Shown here piece by piece: positions 19,812 to 29,669 of a stretch of 64,000 bases of DNA (position 1 is the stretch's first letter; every line of letters starts with the position of its first letter). The DNA comes from a virus: positions 66,268 through 130,267 of IMG/VR virus record IMGVR_UViG_3300020190_000012; one strand, 5' to 3'. The position numbers and the translations under genes were made by a program. Under the pieces are notes generated by a model that saw nothing but the letters and a program-made list of their open reading frames with translations, was not told the origin of the DNA and searched no databases.

Positions 19812-20477
19812 TTACGATCTTAGAGACGAAGATCTTCGTCTGATCATCGAAAGATATTGCTCTCGCCCCAGTGCATGTTTAGCAAATTTCTTTGTTGCAT
19901 TGTAAACTGCATGTGGACTAGATGATAAGTTTTCGACTTCTTCATGTGTAAAGTTTGTGGATATCCATTTTAACCCGTCGGCACATAGCCTTGGAGTGTG
20001 CGGCTTCCAGTCTCTGTTGTTGCCGTAAAAGTCTGTCATGCGGCCTTTTGACCTGCAATTCATCCCAATCATGAAAATTGGTCTGCATCCTATAGTTGCA
20101 GCAAACTGCACGGCCAATGGCCCTGTTGATCCTCTTCCATAAAGCACAGAAGGATCAGAACTTTTGTGAAACTTTTTACCTCGAATGGTGAAATGAGAAA
20201 ATCTGTTTCCAGGATCTGCATGTGGTGGGCAGGCACACACACCGTCAAATCTTTCAAGATCCATCCTGCAATCTCTCATTATTTCAGGATCTTGCCACAT
20301 CAAAAAAGAAAGCTTCATAGCCCTGTAGGCTCTGTTAATTCCTATTGTTAAAAACGGCTCCACCATGTTTAGATTGATGTCAAGAAGCGAAGGAGAATTT
20401 CCTATGATAAAGCATGGTGTTTCATGAAACATCCCAGTCAATTTGGATAGTGTAATCTTATTCTGTCTTGTTGACAT
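19812..20477 (-). CDS. Maf/MptE-like nucleotide-sugar transferase fold protein
   Basis: CFIIGNSPSL, TIGINR, GCRPIFMIGMN. Confidence 0.6.
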   Translation of the reverse strand: MSTRQNKITLSKLTGMFHETPCFIIGNSPSLLDINLNMVEPFLTIGINRAYRAMKLSFLMWQDPEIMRDCRMDLERFDGVCACPPHADPGNRFSHFTIRGKKFHKSSDPSVLYGRGSTGPLAVQFAATIGCRPIFMIGMNCRSKGRMTDFYGNNRDWKPHTPRLCADGLKWISTNFTHEEVENLSSSPHAVYNATKKFAKHALGREQYLSMIRRRSSSLRS

Positions 20478-20480
20478 TTG

Positions 20481-21179
20481 TCATTCTCTATCGACGAGCA
20501 TCTTAACATACTCAGATGTCTTAAGTTTTTTCAGGGCCTTTTTGTGTATTTTGACAACATCAGAAAGACCAATCTCTAACTTTTTAGACACCTCTTCTTC
20601 GGACATATTCTCTGCATATATCATGCTACACACCCTGCCGGCAATTATTCCTATCTCCCTGCTTATATTTGAAAACATCTGTTCTGATTCATCTGTTTGA
20701 ACGCAGGCAGACCTTATATCTGCTTTTATGAGTATGTCTTTAGAATCATTGTTGTTTTCATCTTGCACAAAGATAGAAATCAATCCCCTCGTAGTCCCAT
20801 CCTTCACAACCTTGTCTGGCTTTTCAACTCCTGCTTCTGTCAGTGCACAAATGAGCTCGTGTTCATTTGGCTGTCGTCCGTTCACTGCCACAAACTTCTC
20901 CCTATGCACATCCAATATCGCCTGTCTCTGTCTGACTAGCCTTGGAGACCAAGTTGATTTCCTCATCTCATCATACATCGATCCAAATAGTCGATATGTG
21001 GCGAATGTCTCAAACTTATTTCCCTTGCCTGGATCGTATTTGTTTATAGCATCCATAAGCCCGTGCGCAGCGTAACTTTTTAGATCTTCTTTGCTGTGTT
21101 CTGGGTGCTTGTAATGCATCAATTCTGCCAATTTGTTAACAAGATCATAATTCTCTTCTGCTATGCGATTTCTAAGCAT
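20481..21179 (-). CDS. FliA/WhiG-like RNA polymerase sigma factor (start revised to MLRNRI)
   Basis: EDL....GLMDAINKYDP.KG.KFETFA..R..GSM.DEMR...W.PR; C-terminal HTH ..V.KIHKKALKKLK. Confidence 0.88.
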   Translation of the reverse strand: MLRNRIAEENYDLVNKLAELMHYKHPEHSKEDLKSYAAHGLMDAINKYDPGKGNKFETFATYRLFGSMYDEMRKSTWSPRLVRQRQAILDVHREKFVAVNGRQPNEHELICALTEAGVEKPDKVVKDGTTRGLISIFVQDENNNDSKDILIKADIRSACVQTDESEQMFSNISREIGIIAGRVCSMIYAENMSEEEVSKKLEIGLSDVVKIHKKALKKLKTSEYVKMLVDRE

Positions 21180-21312
21180 GATATATTCACACTGGAATGC
21201 GCTGCCCGCCCCACGTAATTCTTTTAATTTTATCCAGCAATCAAGCGGCGTTTCTTGCCGCCTAATGCCGCGATTCCCTCTTCTTTTTGGATGCGTTGTC
21301 TTCAAATGTAAG

Positions 21313-21606
21313 TCACTCTTTTCTTGGCAAAAACTTCCATGCTGCCAATCCAACCGCGCCCAGCAACGCAACAACAATGACCCTATTTAAGTATGCCCAT
21401 TGCGTAGTGGATTCATTTTGCAATCCTTTTGCTTCTGTCATCGGTATTTGCACACGCTCCTCTTCAGGAACATGTTGAACTGACAGCATGATCTGCTTGT
21501 CGACTACGTCTTGCTTTGATTCAGTTTTGCATTCCTGCACCTCGGCAGGCAAGGCATAGCACGAACTCATGGCCATTGCCATGATTATCATTATGATCTT
21601 TGTCAT
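21313..21606 (-). CDS. small secreted/membrane-anchored protein
   Basis: N-terminal signal-like stretch and C-terminal TM helix. Confidence 0.65.
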   Translation of the reverse strand: MTKIIMIIMAMAMSSCYALPAEVQECKTESKQDVVDKQIMLSVQHVPEEERVQIPMTEAKGLQNESTTQWAYLNRVIVVALLGAVGLAAWKFLPRKE

Positions 21607-21608
21607 TG

Positions 21609-21953
21609 TTAGCCGTTCTTATCTATGGTATTGAGAAAATCGATTACATAGAAACTTATGGCAGAGGCAACTAGCCCGCTGAATGGCCAATATGGCCACC
21701 CTGCTAGCTCTTGGTAGAACCATAATCCCCATATAACTTCTATTATGCCTGCCATCCAAAAAGAACAACAAACAGTGCATTCTAGCAATTTTGTTACATA
21801 GCCAATGCGCATCTTTGTCATTACCCATCGGATGAAATTACTTATGTAACTCACTGGCGCTTCGTCGCGCTTTTCAACAAGCACCGTGGCCCCAGCGACC
21901 CCAAGCACGGCAAAGCTAAACAACGACATGACATCTTCACCACTCATATGCAT
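21609..21953 (-). CDS. membrane protein, DUF1360-like
   Basis: LLEC.VC.SFW motif between TM helices. Confidence 0.55.
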   Translation of the reverse strand: MHMSGEDVMSLFSFAVLGVAGATVLVEKRDEAPVSYISNFIRWVMTKMRIGYVTKLLECTVCCSFWMAGIIEVIWGLWFYQELAGWPYWPFSGLVASAISFYVIDFLNTIDKNG

Positions 21954-22209
21954 CGATCATATACCTCATGCTTTGTATCCAATTTTCTATTGCTATTTCT
22001 CCATGCAGTTCCATCCGCCTAGTAACAACCAAAATTGGAGTGTCTTCCCAAACGCATACCTCAAAAACCAATCCACTTTTCACGAGCAGATACGAGCACC
22101 TGTCCGCAGGCTTTCCTATAGGTGTATAAAAAAGCACTTGTCTCTGATTTGGCCAGTTGTTCCGACCACATACGACCACAATGTAAAATACACGTAGATT
22201 TAGATACAT
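21937..22209 (-). CDS. hypothetical protein
   Basis: 90-aa ORF heading the operon. Confidence 0.5.
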   Translation of the reverse strand: MYLNLRVFYIVVVCGRNNWPNQRQVLFYTPIGKPADRCSYLLVKSGLVFEVCVWEDTPILVVTRRMELHGEIAIENWIQSMRYMIDAYEW

Positions 22210-22223
22210 CCTGTCTGGCTAGT

Positions 22224-22248
22224 AGGTGATAATGCTTCATTAGGGAAA
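22224..22248 (+). promoter_or_regulatory. putative phage promoter AGG-N18-GAAA
   Basis: AGG TGATAATGCTTCATTAGG GAAATC, 9 nt before ATG 22258. Confidence 0.55.
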
Positions 22249-22257
22249 TCATATGAT

Positions 22258-22659
22258 ATGGAAGAGGCTAAAAAATCAAAAATAGTAGATTGTATTGGAA
22301 GAATTATTCCAAACTGGAATGCAGTTGAATTGTTCTCTCTTTCACTGCCTTCGAACGCCAATATTGGAAGAGAAATGCCAGATGGCATAGTTTGCCACTT
22401 GGGTCTCAACCCGCCGTCGAGCGGGTCATTTTTTAAGGTAAAAATTCTTGGTAAGCCAAGAATACTTCACGACAATGTTCGTGATGAATATGAAAAGTTG
22501 AGCAACATAATCGCCTCAGGCATGAAACTAGATCCCGGGTCTGAGATTCCTGCTTTTGTAAAACATGGAGATTTCGATGGGATTTGGTTCAGTTCCCCTC
22601 GTACTCTTGTTGTAGTCAATCCTGGTAAATTCAGAATCTCTTCATATGGAGTAAGATAA
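22258..22659 (+). CDS. hypothetical protein
   Basis: 133-aa ORF coupled (TAATG) to next gene. Confidence 0.7.
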   Translation: MEEAKKSKIVDCIGRIIPNWNAVELFSLSLPSNANIGREMPDGIVCHLGLNPPSSGSFFKVKILGKPRILHDNVRDEYEKLSNIIASGMKLDPGSEIPAFVKHGDFDGIWFSSPRTLVVVNPGKFRISSYGVR

Positions 22660-23240
22660 TGGCAAGTTTAAAAGACAAAACACCATCAGCAAGTTACAAA
22701 GATCTGCTGCACGTCGACAACGGTGGCAATGGAGTGTCTAGCTCTGAGCATATTCCTGTCAGGGATGGCGCAGGGAATGCCACCGGCATCAGTTTGGGAG
22801 CTGGCAAGGTTTCAGTTGATTTCGGAGGTGGAGTGGCATCGAATGCAGTTTTTGTATCTCAGATGCACATGTGCGAATCAAAAACTCATCAGTTGTCAGA
22901 TACTCTCAATATAGATCTTGCGACCGATTCTGCAAAGTTGATAAAATACGATGGATACGATGACGGAGAAACGACAACAACGGTGAAGGTTTTTCTCACT
23001 TCTTTGGCTGACATTTCAGGATCAGGCACTGGAGTTTTTGCTGAAACTAGACTGGTCATATCTGCAGGCACTGACATCACCATATATTTTAAGAACGAAA
23101 ATGACGAATTATTTGCCACCGTGCCGTACACTCAGCCAAAATATCTTTCTTTTAAGATTGCTGGCTTCATGGAGTCTTCAACTTCAAATCCTGTTTTCTT
23201 CATAACGGAAACAGAATCATTTGACAACCCAAGCCTTTAA
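22659..23240 (+). CDS. putative virion structural protein
   Basis: MASL.DKTP..SYKDLL.V N-terminus resembling phage structural proteins; beta-rich. Confidence 0.55.
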   Translation: MASLKDKTPSASYKDLLHVDNGGNGVSSSEHIPVRDGAGNATGISLGAGKVSVDFGGGVASNAVFVSQMHMCESKTHQLSDTLNIDLATDSAKLIKYDGYDDGETTTTVKVFLTSLADISGSGTGVFAETRLVISAGTDITIYFKNENDELFATVPYTQPKYLSFKIAGFMESSTSNPVFFITETESFDNPSL

Positions 23241-23246
23241 TAACTC

Positions 23247-24785
23247 ATGGTATTAGGCAAAACAAAAGAAATGGTTGAAGCTCTGCTTCTTCCGCATGAA
23301 ACCAGGGGCACAACAATTGGCTCGGCGGATGTTGTCCTGGCCTCGATTGATATGCCATCCGATCTTAAATGTCTGCTGATATGTGACTCTGCCACAAGCG
23401 ATGCAGATGTTCTCAAATGCAGGGCTCTAGTCAGGTGGCTGATGCGACCTACTGGACATTCGTTAAAAGTACTTGCCACTCCCGACAAACATGTTTTGCT
23501 TGTAATCTGCAAACCTGCAGACGAAGACACTATTTTAGACTTTCTCGAAAATGGGGCGTCTTCCCTCCATGTGTTTTCAGGATGGTCAGATCTGCTTTCT
23601 TCATCAATACTTCTGAGTATCAGGGCCTTGCTTCATAGAATGGATGAAACCGATCCTAACTTCAGAACTTCTTTGAGCGCAGAGGTTGAAAGATTAGACA
23701 GTATAGGAGTTTTTTCAACATCTGCCCTTGGAGAAATGAAAGACACAGTGTTTCTTGCCTCTTGGGTCGCCAACCGACTTCTGCACAAATTCGGAGAGAT
23801 TCAAAATCTGAACACTCTTACTTTTGGCGAAGAAAACCCATCATCTGTATCTGCATTGGCAGACGGATGGGTCGATGACCTCTTCGGAGAAGAGGCAGAG
23901 TTTCATGGAATAGACATGCTTCAGTTAAGTTCTGTCTGCAACGACCTAGTGGTGCAAGATCTTGATGGGCGCCTGCTTGACGGGACAGGAAACTTGCTCG
24001 GTTTGAGCCTTAACAACAGTATGAGCAAGAGATTTAATATAAATTTAGGGCATTTTACATCAGCAACGAAAAGCAATTCCAACACGAAGCTTATATCAAC
24101 AAATCACAGTGTATCAACCACACAAAGCAATATGCTTGGTCCAGCAGGGACTGTAAATATTAATTTTGATAAATTTGATGGCGCAAGAATAAAGGTTGAA
24201 GGCGAATCATTTGGCATGGTTGTAGAAATGTATAGTCAAACATTCAACATATCACAAAGTGGCAAAGACTCACGTCGCGGGAGTTATAACCACCCACAGA
24301 GCGAGTACATTTATATAGATGATTTTGATAATGTCATTTCTACACCATCCTTAGAGGAGCCATACTATTTTTCTGGATTCGCACACATTCGTACAGTTAT
24401 GAGACGCAACTCTCCATCTCCGTTGCCGCCACCGACATGGAGAGAATTTATATTGATACTCGAGTATCAGGGTGAGCCTAACGCTAATTTTGATGTTTAT
24501 TTCAGACAGTACAACATCCAGCCCTGGTGGGCTGGTGGGGATACAACGAAGTGGCTATACACACCGCAGATATCAGAGAGGGTCAACTTTTCCAAATGGA
24601 AGCAAGATTTAGCCAATACTGCTGTTTATTCAATTCGCCTATTAAATCATACCCTGTGGGATATTGATCCTTCTGATTATTTTGGCCACACACAATCAGA
24701 ACTATACCAAAGCATGACGGCATCATACGGCGCATTCCGATCTTTTAGGTCCAAGATTTTTAGTAAATTGCTGTATAAGAAATGA
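23247..24785 (+). CDS. hypothetical protein
   Basis: 512-aa ORF. Confidence 0.75.
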   Translation: MVLGKTKEMVEALLLPHETRGTTIGSADVVLASIDMPSDLKCLLICDSATSDADVLKCRALVRWLMRPTGHSLKVLATPDKHVLLVICKPADEDTILDFLENGASSLHVFSGWSDLLSSSILLSIRALLHRMDETDPNFRTSLSAEVERLDSIGVFSTSALGEMKDTVFLASWVANRLLHKFGEIQNLNTLTFGEENPSSVSALADGWVDDLFGEEAEFHGIDMLQLSSVCNDLVVQDLDGRLLDGTGNLLGLSLNNSMSKRFNINLGHFTSATKSNSNTKLISTNHSVSTTQSNMLGPAGTVNINFDKFDGARIKVEGESFGMVVEMYSQTFNISQSGKDSRRGSYNHPQSEYIYIDDFDNVISTPSLEEPYYFSGFAHIRTVMRRNSPSPLPPPTWREFILILEYQGEPNANFDVYFRQYNIQPWWAGGDTTKWLYTPQISERVNFSKWKQDLANTAVYSIRLLNHTLWDIDPSDYFGHTQSELYQSMTASYGAFRSFRSKIFSKLLYKK

Positions 24786-25049
24786 TCATCGGACTGGCAT
24801 TATGGAATGCGCCAAAGATCTTGCAGCAGCAATCGGCAGTTTCCCAGTCTCTTTTAAAGCCGCACATATCTCAGACTCGTCATTCGCATTCTCTACAACT
24901 GATGCAATCTTTATTGCGGCATCATCGGATATGCTGATCCCGACACAGTTTTCTATCAGTTTCTTTATGCTTTTTGGAGACTTTGCCGACATGGATCCAT
25001 GAATGTCTGCTATCTTCTCCAACTGTCTCTGATACCAGTTGTTTATCAT
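24786..25049 (-). CDS. small protein with tag variant
   Basis: MINNWYQRQLEKIAD; ATGA-coupled to SOD. Confidence 0.7.
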   Translation of the reverse strand: MINNWYQRQLEKIADIHGSMSAKSPKSIKKLIENCVGISISDDAAIKIASVVENANDESEICAALKETGKLPIAAARSLAHSIMPVR

Positions 25050-25672
25050 ACCTCTCCCTCCGACATGAGTATCCTGTTTTCCACTTCTTTCCAGTTGATT
25101 ACCTCCCAGAAGTTGTTAACCCAGTCGTTCTTACGATTACGCCTGTCAAGATAATACGCATGCTCCCACAGGTCGCATCCCAACACTGGGTAGCCGATCC
25201 CGAGGCCAAGAGGATTGTCTTGCATTTTGGTCTGCACTATGTCAAGAGTTTTGTTCCGCACCACCAGCCAAACCCACGAACTGCCGAAAGAATCAGAGCA
25301 TGCATCAACAAATTCAGACTGCATGCCGTCAATGTTTCCAAATGATTCTTCAATCATTTTATTCAGCATGTCTCCTGGCTTGTCTGGATTGGGTGTCATC
25401 ATAGGCCACCATATCTGATGGTTGAAAACGCCGCCTGCGTTGTTTCTGATTTTTAGCCATTTACCGTTTTCGGCCGACCCAACTTCGACGATAAGCTTTT
25501 CTATGTCCAGTTCAACCAGAGACGGTTCATCTGCAAGAAGTTCATTGAGCTTGTCGCAGTAGGCCTTGTGGTGTTTTTGATGGTGGAGACGCATGGTTTC
25601 TGAACCTATGTGCGGGTCCAAATCTCCATATCCATATGGCAATTGTGGAATTGTGTGCTTTATGATTGGCAT
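25046..25672 (-). CDS. sodA: superoxide dismutase, probably Mn type
   Basis: HHQKHH, NNAGGVFNH, QDNP, DLWEHAYY. Confidence 0.93.
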   Translation of the reverse strand: MPIIKHTIPQLPYGYGDLDPHIGSETMRLHHQKHHKAYCDKLNELLADEPSLVELDIEKLIVEVGSAENGKWLKIRNNAGGVFNHQIWWPMMTPNPDKPGDMLNKMIEESFGNIDGMQSEFVDACSDSFGSSWVWLVVRNKTLDIVQTKMQDNPLGLGIGYPVLGCDLWEHAYYLDRRNRKNDWVNNFWEVINWKEVENRILMSEGEV

Positions 25673-26119
25673 TCACATTCCTGTAGGTGGAGCCGCTCCG
25701 CCTGGAGGTTCGCCAGCGGGGGTAGGAGGCTTTGGCGTCTGTGGCCCAAGCTCAAGACCATACCATCCACGTATCACGGGTGGATCCTGCGTCAGATCTA
25801 CATCAAGTTGCGATGGAAATAGTCTAGAGCCGTCTGCCTGACATGCATCCATGAGTGCGCTTTCAACTGGATCATCTGAATTCTTTCTGCTTCGGAGCGC
25901 CCTCCTGAACAGCACATTGAGTCTATTCAGATGATCTTCATCGTTATTTGTGTCTTTGTCAATAAGAGCCGCATCGATTCCTGAAACGGTGCCTGCGACT
26001 CCAGCTGGACCGCCAGTGGCTCCGCCTGGTGGAGCCCCAATATCTTGGGCAATTTTCGACGTGCCAAACGCATGACCGATCTTAAGCCAGTCTGCATACG
26101 ACAACTTTACATGCTTCAT
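25673..26119 (-). CDS. hypothetical protein with tag
   Basis: KLSYADWLKIGHAFGTSKIAQ. Confidence 0.75.
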   Translation of the reverse strand: MKHVKLSYADWLKIGHAFGTSKIAQDIGAPPGGATGGPAGVAGTVSGIDAALIDKDTNNDEDHLNRLNVLFRRALRSRKNSDDPVESALMDACQADGSRLFPSQLDVDLTQDPPVIRGWYGLELGPQTPKPPTPAGEPPGGAAPPTGM

Positions 26120-27591
26120 ATGCCCATCATTTCAAGCTTGTCATATATCTGCACAAGGTAGATGCACAGTTTAACATTGCCCAAGGCTTCTTTGCCCTGC
26201 CCGCCGCCTATCCTGGTTTTGTTTATTCTCAAATCGCCAGTTTCTTTGTTGGTGACAAACATTTCAGAATTATACTTTTTGAAAAAGTCAAGCAGTCCAC
26301 CTTTGGCAGCCTTTAGTGTCTGCACTCTAAGCTGGCTTTGACTAATTTCTTCTAGTTTGGAAAAATATCTGTTTTTACACACGATGCTGATGATTTCATC
26401 CATGTGTTTGATCACCTTGTCGACATCTTCAATTTGTTCTGTCTCTATTCCGGCCATCATGGCCCTTCCCTGCGCCTCATAATTCCTCATATGGGCGTAC
26501 CCCTGCAATCTGGAATGAACAAAAGCAGGCATATCATCGATTGTGAGTACTGGTATACTGCTAGGAACCTGTCTCCTCAGATTCTCAGCATCAACTGGCT
26601 CCCTGGGAGTTGTAACTCTATCTCTTTTTCTTTGTCGCTCCTGAACTATTCTTTCTGCGACATCGGCAATGAACACCAGCATGCCGTCAACCTGATTTTG
26701 TGCCTCCTGTCGATCTACTCCCTTTTGTACGAGGTTGCTGACCAGGTTGCTCAAGTCTAGTCCGTTCGCCCTAATATGTGTCGCCAACTCATCTTCTTGC
26801 CCAGCAGAATTTGAGAGAATGCGCACTATCACACTTTCAAAAGTGGAGAACATGCTTCCATTTTTTAATGCATCAGCAAATGCGGCTTCAGCACCACGAG
26901 AGAAATTTTTCTGCAATTCAACTCTTCCCGCAGCTTCAGGCGCACCCTGTCTCGCTGCTGCCGCTGCAATCTGAGCTTCAAGCTGAGTCTTTCTGTCTTG
27001 AGCAATTTTTCGAGCAGCTCCCACCATTTGGCACCACGCCGGTATCCCGCCACGACGACCAGCATCTTCAAGGCCTTCCATAAATCTATTGTGCCTTTTT
27101 ATTAAGATGTTCAACGCCTCCATTCTGATCTTTTCGGTATTTATGTGTATATCTTTGGCTTGGGTAAATATTGGATCGTTCTCATCTATGGTTCGTATCT
27201 CCTGATTGGTGATATCAAATATCGTGAATTTTTCACCAGTTTTTTTATCTTTTTCCCGCTTCAATATGAAGTAGTATACATCTCTGCCGTTAGGTCCCGG
27301 AGCCGCCTTGAACTCATGGTGCTCCAAATAATACCATGCAGGCAGCATGAGGTTTTCTAGATTTGGAGGCAGCCAGGGCATATGCTGCCTGATCAAATCG
27401 GCAAGCACTCCTTTTCCACCCCCAGTCATTTCATGTAGGCTTCTTGTGAACAGGGGAACCACCACGCCCTGTCCTCCCTTTGCTCTAATCTGCCCCTCTA
27501 TGTCGGTTGCCACCCCCGGAATTTGCGAACGTGCATAATCAGGACTGACCTGAGCAACTACAACTTCTATATTCTTGTTTGAATTTTTCAT
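26116..27591 (-). CDS. hypothetical protein
   Basis: 491 aa; VVAQ and RKIAQ motifs; coupled. Confidence 0.75.
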   Translation of the reverse strand: MKNSNKNIEVVVAQVSPDYARSQIPGVATDIEGQIRAKGGQGVVVPLFTRSLHEMTGGGKGVLADLIRQHMPWLPPNLENLMLPAWYYLEHHEFKAAPGPNGRDVYYFILKREKDKKTGEKFTIFDITNQEIRTIDENDPIFTQAKDIHINTEKIRMEALNILIKRHNRFMEGLEDAGRRGGIPAWCQMVGAARKIAQDRKTQLEAQIAAAAARQGAPEAAGRVELQKNFSRGAEAAFADALKNGSMFSTFESVIVRILSNSAGQEDELATHIRANGLDLSNLVSNLVQKGVDRQEAQNQVDGMLVFIADVAERIVQERQRKRDRVTTPREPVDAENLRRQVPSSIPVLTIDDMPAFVHSRLQGYAHMRNYEAQGRAMMAGIETEQIEDVDKVIKHMDEIISIVCKNRYFSKLEEISQSQLRVQTLKAAKGGLLDFFKKYNSEMFVTNKETGDLRINKTRIGGGQGKEALGNVKLCIYLVQIYDKLEMMGI

Positions 27592-28415
27592 GCTAAACTG
27601 AAGCCTCCGATAAGGTTGTTTTTGGACAACTGTTCTAAGTCTGACTTGTTTTTGTCAGCTTGTTGTTGGATGGTTGACATTTGCTCCTGAATTTCGTTCA
27701 TTGCATTCTGAATCTCCACGCAATCAGGACTTTGAGATTCATTTCCCTGCTTGCATCCGACGTTGTATGCCTGCTGCTTGGAGGCCAGTTGTCGTTGCAG
27801 AGCAGCCAGTTGATCCGCCATCTTCTTGCTGCCTCCGCTTAGGGCCTCTTGAATTCTTTTGGTTTGCTCTGCGTTCGTCTCCATGGCCTGCATGGCAACC
27901 CCTTGGGCCTGCGGAGACTCCATTTGTCCTATGGGTATCATCGGTTGCTGCTGTTGTGCTGACTTTATCCACCCCGCATTTTCGCCGATGCGGATCCAAT
28001 CTTTCTTAGTCATGGAAAGCGTTAATCCAGGTGGAGCGTTCCACCGCCTGCCCATGTCTATTGGCTCGATTGCTCTCTGTTCTCTCCTTTTGCCAAACGA
28101 CTGAGACCTGCCGAGTAGTCCTTTAAATTGTGATCTGTCCTCGTATGTTCCGAAGACTTTATAGACACATTTGCCAGAATCACTCTTCACAGAATCCATG
28201 ACTTTTCTATTTTGGATTTTTTTGGGATCAGCACTGTCAAAGTACAGTTCTGGTTCTGCCAAGCCCCTGACCACGTCTTCTTCATTGACGATGTACAGCG
28301 CTATGGGAAAGGAGAAGGACTTTCCAGATGCAATCAGGTCTTCTGCTGCTTTTGCAGCCATAAATTTGGTCACGACATCGGTTTTCTTGAGCTCATCTTC
28401 ACTGCAGTTTGCCAT
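27588..28415 (-). CDS. two-part protein with internal tag
   Basis: SMTKKDWIRIGENAGWIKSAQ precedes Gln-rich coiled coil. Confidence 0.75.
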   Translation of the reverse strand: MANCSEDELKKTDVVTKFMAAKAAEDLIASGKSFSFPIALYIVNEEDVVRGLAEPELYFDSADPKKIQNRKVMDSVKSDSGKCVYKVFGTYEDRSQFKGLLGRSQSFGKRREQRAIEPIDMGRRWNAPPGLTLSMTKKDWIRIGENAGWIKSAQQQQPMIPIGQMESPQAQGVAMQAMETNAEQTKRIQEALSGGSKKMADQLAALQRQLASKQQAYNVGCKQGNESQSPDCVEIQNAMNEIQEQMSTIQQQADKNKSDLEQLSKNNLIGGFSLA

Positions 28416-28417
28416 GT

Positions 28418-28864
28418 TTATCCTCTCGCTTCTTCTATGAAGAGACCAAGGTCTTCCGTAAGAACATTTCTGATTGCGTCAAAGGCGTCTTCTTTTTCGA
28501 CACGAGCCATCACCTTTACCTCCACAACATTCATTTCATCTGATGGCTGGTTAACGCTGATGAGTTTTACATCCTTATTCATCTTTAGATATAACGGCAA
28601 CTGATTTTTAATTCTCTTTGGTGGCGAGTAAACAAATATGAATTCGAACACGTCGTTATTATCTGACCAGTCATCAACTTCATCGGAATTACGGAGACGC
28701 GACTCCCAAGAATCTCGGGAACCGCCCCTCACGGCAGGCTCTCCAGACATAATCAATTTCCAAAATTGGTCGTCAGGATCTCCTGCCTTGATTGCAGTGC
28801 GGACGAGAGAAGAGGAATCTTTTATTGAGAATATTCTTCGCATGATTCTTTTTACAAACCACAA
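28418..28864 (-). CDS. hypothetical protein
   Basis: 148-aa ORF at head of operon. Confidence 0.65.
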   Translation of the reverse strand: MWFVKRIMRRIFSIKDSSSLVRTAIKAGDPDDQFWKLIMSGEPAVRGGSRDSWESRLRNSDEVDDWSDNNDVFEFIFVYSPPKRIKNQLPLYLKMNKDVKLISVNQPSDEMNVVEVKVMARVEKEDAFDAIRNVLTEDLGLFIEEARG

Positions 28865-28892
28865 TCGCCATTTCCTTTGCCGATGAAACCAT

Positions 28893-29669
28893 ATGCAAAA
28901 TTGGTTACTGTACAGAACCCATCAAAACGATGAAAAAACACAAGGTAGATTTGATGAGTTGAGCCACCTACTCAGTGGGATGGCAAATGTTGTATGGATG
29001 TGCGACGGAGATTCAGCCGAAGGCTGTCAGTATGGGGGTGTATTGGGTAAAAACTCATCCATTTTTACCAATACAGATTATCGAATTCGGCAAATTTGGC
29101 CCAAAATCTTTGAAACATATGATTCTTGTCCACAAGACACCCCTAGGGTTTTTCCCAAGGACGGTGGCCCCAAAAGACCCATCAAGTGGGTATTGGGACA
29201 TCTTCCAGCACTCCAATGGTGGAGGGAAAACGGAAGACCAGAGGGCAGGTTTATGGTGTGGGAGCACGACCTGTGGTGGGATGCTCCATTTAGAGCCGCC
29301 CAGGCCCTAACTCCAGCATTTGCTCACCATAAGTTTCTTGCCCACCCGGTAAAAACATACAGACCTGGCCCTGATGCCATACAGCCGCCAACTGTGCGTC
29401 CTCCAGAATGGCTAAAGGACACCACGATATGTCACTACACTGCCACCGTGATGTCAGCAAGACTCATGGCATCGCTTGATGAAATTAGTGAAGAAGGATG
29501 TTGGGGGCACTGCGAACTTCTAGTTCCGTCCGTGGCTCACCATCATAAGAATGGTGGAGGTGCAGCGTCTTGGATGTCCGTGGCCGGACATCCGGCCCTG
29601 CGACCAGTTATACACCGATTCCCGGGTCAATCTCCAGGGAAAAAACCCCAGAGATTATTCATTCGCTGA
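28893..29669 (+). CDS. putative glycosyltransferase-like protein
   Basis: WEHD (ExD) motif and HCEL..PS resemble phage GT-like proteins; similar in style to N-part of 37017. Confidence 0.45.
   Translation: MQNWLLYRTHQNDEKTQGRFDELSHLLSGMANVVWMCDGDSAEGCQYGGVLGKNSSIFTNTDYRIRQIWPKIFETYDSCPQDTPRVFPKDGGPKRPIKWVLGHLPALQWWRENGRPEGRFMVWEHDLWWDAPFRAAQALTPAFAHHKFLAHPVKTYRPGPDAIQPPTVRPPEWLKDTTICHYTATVMSARLMASLDEISEEGCWGHCELLVPSVAHHHKNGGGAASWMSVAGHPALRPVIHRFPGQSPGKKPQRLFIR

Noticed and set aside
28879-28887. GCCGATGA sigma28 -10 box
   Set aside because: Only one instance noticed, with no properly spaced TAAA -35.
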